Source of the DNA: Gemmatimonadota bacterium
GTDB lineage: Bacteria > Gemmatimonadota > Gemmatimonadetes > Longimicrobiales > Longimicrobiaceae
NCBI GenBank assembly: GCA_007118565.1
Contig: SKRI01000097.1
Span: forward strand, 10,412-74,411
Direction of reading: 5' to 3'
Length of the DNA stretch: 64,000 nucleotides
Shown: positions 54,629-62,687 of the stretch, piece after piece
Layout: each line of letters begins with the position of its first letter
Numbering within the stretch: position 1 is the stretch's first letter
The notes under the pieces: model-generated
The model's input: the letters and a program-made list of their open reading frames with translations, nothing else
Databases searched by the model: none
Told to the model about the DNA's origin: nothing
Translations under genes and position numbers: made by a program

Positions 54629-54853
54629 TCAGCCCTCCGGGAGGTCAACGGAGACGTAGCGGAAGCCGGCTGCGCGGACGGCGTCGGCCACAGCCTCTCC
54701 CTCGGGACCGAGGAGACGCTCCCTCTCGGGCCGGGCGGCCAGGATCGAGGCGATCTCCCGCTCCGGGCCATCCGCCCGCACCGCCGCCACGAACCCCGCG
54801 CTGCGGAGGGCTCGCTCGGCTGCGGGAATGCGCGGGTCGGCAGTCTCGATCAT
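54629..54853 (-). CDS. 74-aa protein homologous to the C-terminal domain of the adjacent LarE-like enzyme
   Basis: AAERALRSAGF..VR...AVADAVRAAGFRYVSVDL aligns with LarE-like AAEEALREMGF..VR...SVREAVRAAGFSRVVVDL. High GC3. It starts 35 nt after the larE stop. Confidence 0.6.
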   Translation of the reverse strand: MIETADPRIPAAERALRSAGFVAAVRADGPEREIASILAARPERERLLGPEGEAVADAVRAAGFRYVSVDLPEG

Positions 54854-54888
54854 GCGCGGCAGCTTTCGGTACTCGGGGAGATGGGGTC

Positions 54889-55758
54889 TCAGTTCGACCC
54901 GGCGACTCCTGAGGGTACGCCACCGAGCTGCACCAGTTCCGGGGAGGCCAGCCCCTCGTTGAGGGCTCCGCGTCGGTACCCGTGCAGATCGACCACCACC
55001 CGGGAGAAGCCTGCGGCCCGCACCGCCTCCCGCACGGACGCCTCCCGGTCGAGGAGGAGACTACGCTCCGCGGCCGGCAGCTCGATCCTCGCGACAGGGT
55101 CGTGGTGGCGGACGCGCACCTCGCGGAAGCCCATCTCCCGCAGCGCCTCCTCGGCCGCCTCCACCTCTCGCAGTCGTCGCGGCGTCACGGCGACGCCGTA
55201 CGGGAGACGGGAGGCGAGGCAGGGCGATGCCGGCTGATCCCAGGTGGGGAGCCCCATCTCCCGGGACCAGCCGCGGATTTCCCGTTTGGTGATTCCCGTC
55301 TCGAGCAGCGGGGAGCGGACGCCGTGCTCCCGGGCCGCCACCGCGCCGGGCCGATGGTCACCCACGTCGTCCGCATTGGAGCCGTCGAGCACCGTGCGCA
55401 GCCCCCGCTCTCGGGCCACCGCCCGGAGGCGGTCCCACAGCTCCGTCTTGCAGAAGTAGCACCGGTTGGAGGGGTTGGCCGCGTACCTGGGATCGGAGAG
55501 CTCTTCGGTATCCACCTCGAGCCAGGGGATGTTGAAGCGACCTGCCACCTCCCGGGCTGACTGCTTCGACCAGGAGGCGATGCTGGCGCTGCGCCCCGTC
55601 ACGGCGAGCACCCGATCGGAGCCGAGCTCGTCAAGGCAGAGCTTGGCGAGGAAGACCGAATCCACCCCCCCGCTGTACCCCACGACCACGGAGTCGCACT
55701 CGCGCAGAACGGCGCGCAGCCGTGCTCGCCGTTCGGCAGAGGGGATGAGGCTGGGCAT
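54889..55758 (-). CDS. larE: PP-loop ATP pyrophosphatase, LarE family (ATP-dependent sacrificial sulfur transferase-like)
   Basis: VVGYSGGVDSVFLA PP-loop, CYFCKTELW, and ASPCLASRLPYG containing the Cys equivalent to the LarE sulfur-donor Cys. Confidence 0.8.
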   Translation of the reverse strand: MPSLIPSAERRARLRAVLRECDSVVVGYSGGVDSVFLAKLCLDELGSDRVLAVTGRSASIASWSKQSAREVAGRFNIPWLEVDTEELSDPRYAANPSNRCYFCKTELWDRLRAVARERGLRTVLDGSNADDVGDHRPGAVAAREHGVRSPLLETGITKREIRGWSREMGLPTWDQPASPCLASRLPYGVAVTPRRLREVEAAEEALREMGFREVRVRHHDPVARIELPAAERSLLLDREASVREAVRAAGFSRVVVDLHGYRRGALNEGLASPELVQLGGVPSGVAGSN

Positions 55759-55834
55759 GCTTCAGCGCGTCTCGGAGGAATCGGAAGGTCGGGCCACGCG
55801 GCCCGTGGATGCCGGGATACGGCTCCGGCACCGG

Positions 55835-55863
55835 AAGCTACCGTTGGCCCGTCCCGCGATCAA
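55835..55863 (-). promoter_or_regulatory. candidate promoter upstream of larE (TTGATC-N17-TAGCTT)
   Basis: Read on the minus strand ~77 nt upstream of the larE ATG. It has the same -10 hexamer and spacing as the mreB and PII-like candidates. Confidence 0.4.
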
Positions 55864-55906
55864 TCGAGGGCAAAAGGGGACCGTGCCCTCCGCGGCCGTT
55901 CCCTGC

Positions 55907-56026
55907 CTAGAAGACGTAGCCGAGCAGCCAGAAAAGGATCAGGAAGATGATGATGGTGGAGATGCATCCGCCACCGAGCTTCGAAGCGCCCCAGCCGGCG
56001 AGGAGACCGCGAAATAGCCGTGCCAT
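55907..56026 (-). CDS. 39-aa hydrophobic peptide (below the ORF-track length cutoff)
   Basis: Own translation: MARLFRGLLAGWGASKLGGGCISTIIIFLILFWLLGYVF followed by a stop. GAAAGGGG lies ~10 nt upstream of the ATG. High GC3 and one clear TM segment. Confidence 0.4.
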   Translation of the reverse strand: MARLFRGLLAGWGASKLGGGCISTIIIFLILFWLLGYVF

Positions 56027-56116
56027 GATCGACGAACCCCTTTCGAGGGAAACAGAAGAGGACGCGGTTGCCCGAGCACGGTCCGTGCCGCGCCCGCCGG
56101 CGCGTCTCCGCCGATC

Positions 56117-57655
56117 CTACGCCGCAGCCCGCCGGTCCAGGCTCCGGTACTGCACGGCCTCGGAGATGTGCGCAGTGCCCACCTCCGCGGCGCTCTCCAG
56201 GTCGGCGATCGTCCGGGCGATCTTGAGGACCCGGTGGTAGGCGCGGGCGGAGAAGCCCAGCTTCGAGATGGCCGTCCGCAGGAGGGCCTCTCCTCCCGCA
56301 CCGATCCGGCAGTGGTCGCGCACGTGCCGGACGCCCATGTGCGCGTTGGCGTGTATGTCCGGCTCGTTGCTGAAACGTTCGGCCTGGCGCTCCCGGGCGG
56401 CGGTCACCCGCTCGCGGATGGCCGCCGAGGGCTCACCCTCTCGCCGGTCGGTCAGCTCGCGGTACGGCACCGCCGGGACCTCCAGGTGCAGGTCCACCCG
56501 GTCCAGGAGCGGGCCGGACACGCGGTTGAAGTACCGCTGGACGAGCTGGGGGGCGCAGGAGCAGCTTCGCCGCGCATCCCCGTGGAAGCCGCACGGGCAG
56601 GGGTTCATGGCGGCTGCGAGCATGAAGCGCGCAGGATATGTCAGCGACACGGCGGCGCGGGCGATGGTGACCTCGCCGTCCTCGAGCGGCTGCCTCATCA
56701 CCTCCAGAACGTTACGGCGGAACTCCGGAAGCTCGTCCATGAAGAGCACCCCGTGGTGCGCGAGCGAGACCTCACCCGGCTTTGGTGTGGAGCCACCCCC
56801 GATCAGACCCGCATCGGAGATCGTGTGATGGGGCGACCGGAAGGGTCGGGTGGCCACCAGCGCCTCCCGCCGCCCCAGTGCCCCCGCCACCGAATGGATT
56901 TTCGTGGTCTCGAGCGCCTCGGCGAGCGTCATCGGCGGAAGAACGGTGGCCAGACGACGCGCGAGCATGGTCTTGCCGGATCCGGGAGGGCCGACCATGA
57001 GGATGTTGTGCGCGCCCGCAGCCGCGATCTCGATGGCGCGCTTCACATGCTCCTGTCCCTTCACCTCGGAAAAGTCGACGGGGTATTCGGCTCCCGCCTG
57101 GAAGAGGGCGTCGCGGTCGACATCCGCGGCGGCGAGCTCGGCCGATCCGGAGAGGAAGTCCGCGACCTCACGCAATGTGTCCGCGCCCCGCACCTCGACC
57201 CCGTCGACCACCCCGGCTTCGGCGATGTTCTCCGACGGCAGTATCACACCCGCGAGCCCGCGCTCCCTGGCCATGATGGCGATGGAGAGCGCGCCCCGTA
57301 CCGGGCGCAGGGCTCCGTCCAACCCCAACTCTCCCGCGAGGACGAACTGCTCGAGCCGTCCGTCCGCCTCGATCTGGCCGGTCCCCGCGAGGATCCCGAC
57401 GGCGATCGGGAGGTCGAAGGCACTTCCCTCCTTCCGCACGTCGGCGGGGGCGAGGTTGACGGTGATCCGCTTCGGCGGGACCTGGTAACCGGAGTTGTTG
57501 ATTGCGGCCACCACCCGCTCCCTCCCCTCCTTCACCGCTCCCTGGGGAAGACCCACCGTGGAGAAGGAGGGAAGGCCCGCCGCCACGTCCGTCTCCACGG
57601 TAACCAGGTAGGCATCGATGCCGAGGACGGCGCTGGAAAGAACTCTGGCGAGCAA
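56117..57655 (-). CDS. comM: YifB/ComM-family Mg-chelatase-like AAA+ ATPase
   Basis: Lon-protease-like N-domain (DLPIAVGILAG), Walker A (GPPGSGKTMLARRL), FMDELPEF and a C-terminal ChlI-type domain. TTG start at 57655 (57682 is the alternative). Confidence 0.9.
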   Translation of the reverse strand: MLARVLSSAVLGIDAYLVTVETDVAAGLPSFSTVGLPQGAVKEGRERVVAAINNSGYQVPPKRITVNLAPADVRKEGSAFDLPIAVGILAGTGQIEADGRLEQFVLAGELGLDGALRPVRGALSIAIMARERGLAGVILPSENIAEAGVVDGVEVRGADTLREVADFLSGSAELAAADVDRDALFQAGAEYPVDFSEVKGQEHVKRAIEIAAAGAHNILMVGPPGSGKTMLARRLATVLPPMTLAEALETTKIHSVAGALGRREALVATRPFRSPHHTISDAGLIGGGSTPKPGEVSLAHHGVLFMDELPEFRRNVLEVMRQPLEDGEVTIARAAVSLTYPARFMLAAAMNPCPCGFHGDARRSCSCAPQLVQRYFNRVSGPLLDRVDLHLEVPAVPYRELTDRREGEPSAAIRERVTAARERQAERFSNEPDIHANAHMGVRHVRDHCRIGAGGEALLRTAISKLGFSARAYHRVLKIARTIADLESAAEVGTAHISEAVQYRSLDRRAAA

Positions 57656-57719
57656 GGGATTCCGGAGAGAAAGGGAGCGCAATGAACGGCCGGAATCTAC
57701 CGATCCCGATGCGTCACGG

Positions 57720-57748
57720 GCAATATCCCCATCTCCCCCATTTCACAA
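57720..57748 (-). promoter_or_regulatory. candidate comM promoter (TTGTGA-N17-TATTGC)
   Basis: Read on the minus strand in the 93-nt gap after the kinase stop. Confidence 0.4.
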
Positions 57749-57775
57749 CCCGTTGTGCCGGAGATCTTCCGCCGA

Positions 57776-60700
57776 TCAGCCCCGTACGCTTCCGGACCCG
57801 ACGGATTCGGCAGTCTGCAGATGGAGACGGATCGTGGTGCCGCGGTGAGGAACCGACTCTGCCTCCACCTGCCCGCCCCACGACTCGACAAGACGACGCA
57901 CGATCGCGAGTCCGAGCCCGGTTCCGCTCGTTCGAGTAGAGAAATGCGGATCGAAGATCCGCGGCAGCAGCTCCGGATCGATCCCCTCCCCGCTGTCGGA
58001 GACCGTGACTTCGACATGCTCTCCATCCGAATCAGGGGAAACTCGCACCTCGATCCGCCCTGCGCCCCTCATCGCCTCTCGTGCGTTCTCGAGCAGGTTC
58101 ACCAGCACCTCCCGGAACTCGTCGGGTCGGACGTGGACCAGCGGAACTCCAGGGTCCGCCTCGAGATCGTAACGAATCCCGTCCGCCCCGCCGTGGTAGA
58201 GGGAGAGGACGTCCGATACGAGCGTCGCGGGAGAGGCCAGCTCCAAAGGCCCGGCGCGCTCCTCGGGAGCTCCGAACCGTGCGAAGCTCCTGGCGATGGC
58301 GCTCAAGCGATCGATCTCGCGCAGGATCGCGCTCACATTCCGGTCGAGAATCTCGGGGAAATCCGGCCGCCGGTCGGCGTGCGCCCGGCGGAGATGCTGC
58401 ACCGCGAGCTTGATGGGGGTGAGCGGGTTCTTGATCTCGTGCGCCACCTGCCTCGCCATCTCCCCCCAGGCGAGGATGCGGGCGGTGCGGACCTCGGCGG
58501 TGATGTCCTCGAGGGTAAGGACGAGTCCGCTGCCTCCCCTCCCGCGCAGCTTCCGCATCTGCAATCGGAGCGTCCGCTCCTCTACCTCGACCTCGCGGCG
58601 CACCTCGCGGACATCCTGCCGGCGGAAGTCTTCCACCGCCTCCGCCACGATCCCGAGCAATGGGGCCCCCGCCGGAAGGGGGCGGTTGCGCTCGAGGCGC
58701 ACGCCCAGGATCTCCGCCGCCCCCGGATTCGAGAGGGTCACCACACCCTCCTCGTCGAGTGCGACGACTCCGGTGGCCGTGCTCTGCACGATGGCATCGG
58801 TCCGGCGCTTCTCGCGCAGCAGGGCGCCCCGGGCACGCCGCAGGCGGGCCACCATGGCATTGAAGGACTCGACGAGCACCGCGAACTCATCGGGACGGGG
58901 CCCGCCGAGCTGAACCTTGAGGTTTCCGCGCCCCACCAGCGCGGCGGCACGGCTGACCTCCTCGATGGGACGGGAGAGGGCGCGCCCCACCGCGAGTGAG
59001 AGGACGACGGAGAGGAGTCCGCCCAGGAGGACGGCGAAGAGAACCACATCGGCGAATTCGCGCCTCCGCCGGGCGATCTCCCCCGCGGCGAGCGGGGCGG
59101 GTGCGGCGAGGATCTCCCCCGGCCCGACCCTCCTGTACGCCACCAGGTACTCCTGGCCGCCGAGCTGACGCCGCTCGACCACCTCCAGCCGCTCTCCCCG
59201 CTCGAAATCCCCCCAGATGGGGGGGCTCACCCAGACCGGATAGAGTCCCAGGTCGAGCACCTCCGGTGAGCCCGCATCCACGAGGACGGCATTTCTGTAG
59301 AGGAGGAGCTCGGAGCGGAGGCGTGCCGACAGCTCGGAGAGGCGCTCGGCTCCGGCAGCCCGGGCCGCCTGCTCCAAAGACCAGGTGACGCGCTCCGTCG
59401 TACCGCGCAGCACCTCTCGCGAGAGGGCCTCGAAGGCAACCGCGCCGAAGGCCGCAGTGGGAATGAGGAAGAAGAGGAGGAGCGCCAGGGTGAGGCGTCC
59501 GCGGAAGCTTCCGAGCCAGATCCGCGGTAGGCGGCTGAGCCCGGCCGCCTCCCCGCGGATGACGAGAGCGATGCCCCAGAGGAAGGCGAGGATCCCGAGC
59601 ACCACCGCGGCACGCATCCCGGCGCGGGCCGCGACCAGGGTCGGCGGGCCCGTGCGGAGCAGGAGATGGGCGTGTGCAGGGCCCTCCGGAAAATCCACGA
59701 TGGTCTCGCTCTGCCACCCTCCGGGGACCCGCTCCCAGAGAACGGGGCGGCGACCCTCTGCCGTCTCCCTGAGGAGCTCGGGAGGCGGCGCGGGGTCCGG
59801 AACCAGGGTGAGCGACGCGTCCGGCGGCAGGGGACGCAGCCGGTCTCCCGGCCCGGCGAGCATGGCATGCCCGACGGCGCCCCGGAGGGTCCGCTGGGGG
59901 GGAACCGCCACCGAAACCGTCTGCTCCTCGCCGATCGCGGATGCGAGCAGATAGTGCACGTACGGGCGGTCATCGTGCCGCTCCACGACCAGACGTTCCT
60001 CCGCAGGGTCGAGGCGCTCGAGGATCGGGGTGAGACGGTCGAGCGGAAGCGGAAGATCCCCAAGCCGCAGCTCGGCCGCGACCTCGCCCTCCTCCCAGAG
60101 CGTCAGGCGTGCTTCGTACCCCTCCCCCGCGAGGCCGCTTCCGATCCACCCCCGGTAGAGGAGGTTGACCCCGCGCTCCCCCTCGTCCGCAAGGATCCGC
60201 GTCTCCTCCGCGAACTGCCGCAGGAGGAAGTCGAGGAAGGGATCGGGCGTGGTGCCCAGCCGGCCGAGCTCTGCCTCGGCATCCGCGAGCCGCGCCTCGA
60301 GGTGGCCGGACCACGCCACCGGGAGGACCGCCGTGGTCGCGATCCAGCCGAGCGCGAGCCAACGCGCGAAGCGAGCCACGCGGTTTCTGCCATAGCAGAC
60401 GAGTGCGAAGGGAAGTGCCCATAGGCCCGCGGCCCAGACCGGCGTCGGTCGATCGGGAGCCCAGAGCAGGAAGGCGCCCAGCGCCAGGAGTACCGCCAGC
60501 GTGGCTGCACCCAGGAGGAGCGCGGTGCCACGCCGATCCGGCGTCCCCGAGCCGGACGGCATCAGAACCCGTAGAAGGAGCGCGCCGGCCAGCGCGGCGG
60601 TGATCAGGAGCGGCCATCCGCCCCCCTCCTCCGCGGCCAGGAGCGGGAGTGAGGCGGCAGCGACGATACCGGCCAGCACGAGCGGTAGCGCGATCGCGGC

Positions 60701-61858
60701 ACCGAGAACCCGCAGCGGAAGCATGGTGCGTCCCGAGCCGGAGCGGCCCCGCCAGACCAGGACGCCGAGGACTGCGCCGACGAGGAGGACGAGGAGATGT
60801 CCCAGCGTGAGGGGAAGGGGCCCCGGAAGGACGAATCGAGTCGGGGAGAAGAGGGCCTCCGCGCCCGTCAGCTCTCCCAGCGGAAGAAGAAGGGCCCCCG
60901 CGACCCCGATCACCACGGGAAGGGCCGGAGGACCGCGGCGCCGGTACCAGACCGAGACCAGCCAGCCGAAGGCGAGAAGCCAGATCGCGCCCACCAGGCG
61001 CCGCCCGTCGCGCTGCGCACGATCACGCCACTCGGACTGCGTGAGCGTCGCGAAGCTCACGCTCAGAATCGGCTCCTCCCCTCCCCAGTCCCAGACCGCA
61101 GGACCACGCGCCCGATCCGGGCGGGCGAACTCGGGCCGAACGTCATGAGCGCGCTCGAAGCTCTCGACGAAGGTGCGCTCACCGCCGATCTCCATCTCGG
61201 CGTGGAGAAGCGTGGCCGCGACCACCGTCCATCCTTCGGGGAGCGAGCGCGCGGTATAGAGGTATCCGAAGAGCGGACCGTCCCTGTACATGTAGGGGCG
61301 GTTCGCCGCCGCGACGGCCGGCGGGATCTCGCCATGGTGCTCGCCACCCCAGGCACGCAGCCGCCGCCCGGCGTCATAGACGGCCACGGCACTCACCCCC
61401 GCCGCGCTCCGGACCGATTCGAGATCGATCCTGCCCGGCCGCTGCTCCAGCGTGGCGGAGATCGCCCCGTCGATCGCAATCTCCCCGCGATCCAGGAGAA
61501 CGTCGAGGTCGTTGCGCAGCGCGGCCGCAGCCGACTCCTCCGCGGTGCGCAGAATGCGCGGCCAGTCCGTCTCCACGAGGTGGAGCCTGTGCTGCGTGGC
61601 GACCGCGGCGCCCACGGCGAGCGCGAGGATGAGCGGCCCCACGAGCCCGGAACGGGTGCGTGGTATCACCAGCGACAGCCCGACGCCCACCGCTGCGATC
61701 ACGAGCGTGAGGAAGACGGGATCGCGGAGCCAGAGCGCCAGTGCGAGCAGCGCGAGGGTAACGCCTGTCCATGACAGCGGCCGGCCCCGGAGCGCGGAGC
61801 GGCCCGTCCGTTGCGGAGGGCTTCCCGCCGGAGCGTCCACCGCCTTCCCTGTCACCAT
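57776..61858 (-). CDS. very large multi-sensor histidine kinase with NtrY-like C-terminal core
   Basis: C-terminal HAMP-PAS-HisKA (HEIKNPLTPI, the NtrY-type H-box)-HATPase (N, G1, G2 boxes: NLLENA, DSGEGI, GTGLGL). It is preceded by many TM segments and three large non-membrane regions. Start options are 61882, 61858, 61855 and 61840. Confidence 0.9.
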   Translation of the reverse strand: MVTGKAVDAPAGSPPQRTGRSALRGRPLSWTGVTLALLALALWLRDPVFLTLVIAAVGVGLSLVIPRTRSGLVGPLILALAVGAAVATQHRLHLVETDWPRILRTAEESAAAALRNDLDVLLDRGEIAIDGAISATLEQRPGRIDLESVRSAAGVSAVAVYDAGRRLRAWGGEHHGEIPPAVAAANRPYMYRDGPLFGYLYTARSLPEGWTVVAATLLHAEMEIGGERTFVESFERAHDVRPEFARPDRARGPAVWDWGGEEPILSVSFATLTQSEWRDRAQRDGRRLVGAIWLLAFGWLVSVWYRRRGPPALPVVIGVAGALLLPLGELTGAEALFSPTRFVLPGPLPLTLGHLLVLLVGAVLGVLVWRGRSGSGRTMLPLRVLGAAIALPLVLAGIVAAASLPLLAAEEGGGWPLLITAALAGALLLRVLMPSGSGTPDRRGTALLLGAATLAVLLALGAFLLWAPDRPTPVWAAGLWALPFALVCYGRNRVARFARWLALGWIATTAVLPVAWSGHLEARLADAEAELGRLGTTPDPFLDFLLRQFAEETRILADEGERGVNLLYRGWIGSGLAGEGYEARLTLWEEGEVAAELRLGDLPLPLDRLTPILERLDPAEERLVVERHDDRPYVHYLLASAIGEEQTVSVAVPPQRTLRGAVGHAMLAGPGDRLRPLPPDASLTLVPDPAPPPELLRETAEGRRPVLWERVPGGWQSETIVDFPEGPAHAHLLLRTGPPTLVAARAGMRAAVVLGILAFLWGIALVIRGEAAGLSRLPRIWLGSFRGRLTLALLLFFLIPTAAFGAVAFEALSREVLRGTTERVTWSLEQAARAAGAERLSELSARLRSELLLYRNAVLVDAGSPEVLDLGLYPVWVSPPIWGDFERGERLEVVERRQLGGQEYLVAYRRVGPGEILAAPAPLAAGEIARRRREFADVVLFAVLLGGLLSVVLSLAVGRALSRPIEEVSRAAALVGRGNLKVQLGGPRPDEFAVLVESFNAMVARLRRARGALLREKRRTDAIVQSTATGVVALDEEGVVTLSNPGAAEILGVRLERNRPLPAGAPLLGIVAEAVEDFRRQDVREVRREVEVEERTLRLQMRKLRGRGGSGLVLTLEDITAEVRTARILAWGEMARQVAHEIKNPLTPIKLAVQHLRRAHADRRPDFPEILDRNVSAILREIDRLSAIARSFARFGAPEERAGPLELASPATLVSDVLSLYHGGADGIRYDLEADPGVPLVHVRPDEFREVLVNLLENAREAMRGAGRIEVRVSPDSDGEHVEVTVSDSGEGIDPELLPRIFDPHFSTRTSGTGLGLAIVRRLVESWGGQVEAESVPHRGTTIRLHLQTAESVGSGSVRG

Positions 61859-62600
61859 GAGCCCCTCCCTTCCCTCGTGCACACTCGGTCACCTGCCCTG
61901 GACGGATGTGGAATCACGTCTGGAGCGGGACGGACGTCTGATCGTTCCGGTGGGCGAATGCGATCAGCACGGCCCGCACCTCCCGATCGGTGCCAGCGGG
62001 ATCGTCGTCGACATCCTCGCCAACGAGATCTCGGCGGAGTTCGGCGTGCTGCGGGCACCGCTCCTCCCCTTCGGCGTAAATCTGCGGACCCGTCGGGACT
62101 ATCCTGGAGCGGCGACCCTCCGCGAGAAAACGCTTCACCGGGTCCTCAACGAGCTCCTGGCTTCGTGGGAGGACCAGGGGTTCGACGAGTTCATCCTGCT
62201 CACCGCCCATGGTCACGACGCGCACCTGGAAGCGCTCGCGACCGTGAGGGTGCGGGAAGCCCGAATTCGCGTGCTCGATCTGTTCGCGATCGATCTCTCG
62301 CAATTTCTGGAGGGCAATACGGGACCGCAACACGGGGGAGAGATCCTCACCTCCCTCCTCCTCCACCTCCGGCCGGAGCTCGTTCGCATGGAGGCGGCGG
62401 CCGATTACCTGCTGGAGGGCGATGCAGTGGGCCCCTTCGGACGCGGACGCTTCCCCACCCTGCCCTCGGGCTGCCGGGGGGCGGTGGGCCAGCCGACTCT
62501 CGCCTCCGCGGAGAAGGGCCGGGAGATATACACCCATATCCGCTCGAAGGTGCGCCAGAAGGTCTTCCTTTCCCCTCCCGACGAGCGAGCGGCCGGATAG
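61857..62600 (+). CDS. creatininase-family amidohydrolase
   Basis: LGHLPWTDVE...LIVPVGECDQHGPHLPIG...LLTAHGHDAH...QHGGEILTSLLL are creatininase/MftE-type motifs. The ATG at 61857 is in frame within ORF 61452..62600, whose upstream part is S/R-rich antisense shadow. Confidence 0.8.
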   Translation: MSPSLPSCTLGHLPWTDVESRLERDGRLIVPVGECDQHGPHLPIGASGIVVDILANEISAEFGVLRAPLLPFGVNLRTRRDYPGAATLREKTLHRVLNELLASWEDQGFDEFILLTAHGHDAHLEALATVRVREARIRVLDLFAIDLSQFLEGNTGPQHGGEILTSLLLHLRPELVRMEAAADYLLEGDAVGPFGRGRFPTLPSGCRGAVGQPTLASAEKGREIYTHIRSKVRQKVFLSPPDERAAG

Positions 62601-62687
62601 GGAGCGGCCCGGGGAGAACCTTCCGGTGCGGGCGAGGGTACCCCAGCGGAGATTGCAGTCAATCCACGCTTCAATCGTACGACCACC

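Noticed and set aside
55865-55906. Possible terminator after the 39-aa micro-ORF (GGGAACGGCC...GGCACGGTCCCC followed by TTTTG).
   Set aside because: The stem has several mismatches and bulges when paired by hand. It is too weak to call without an energy calculation.
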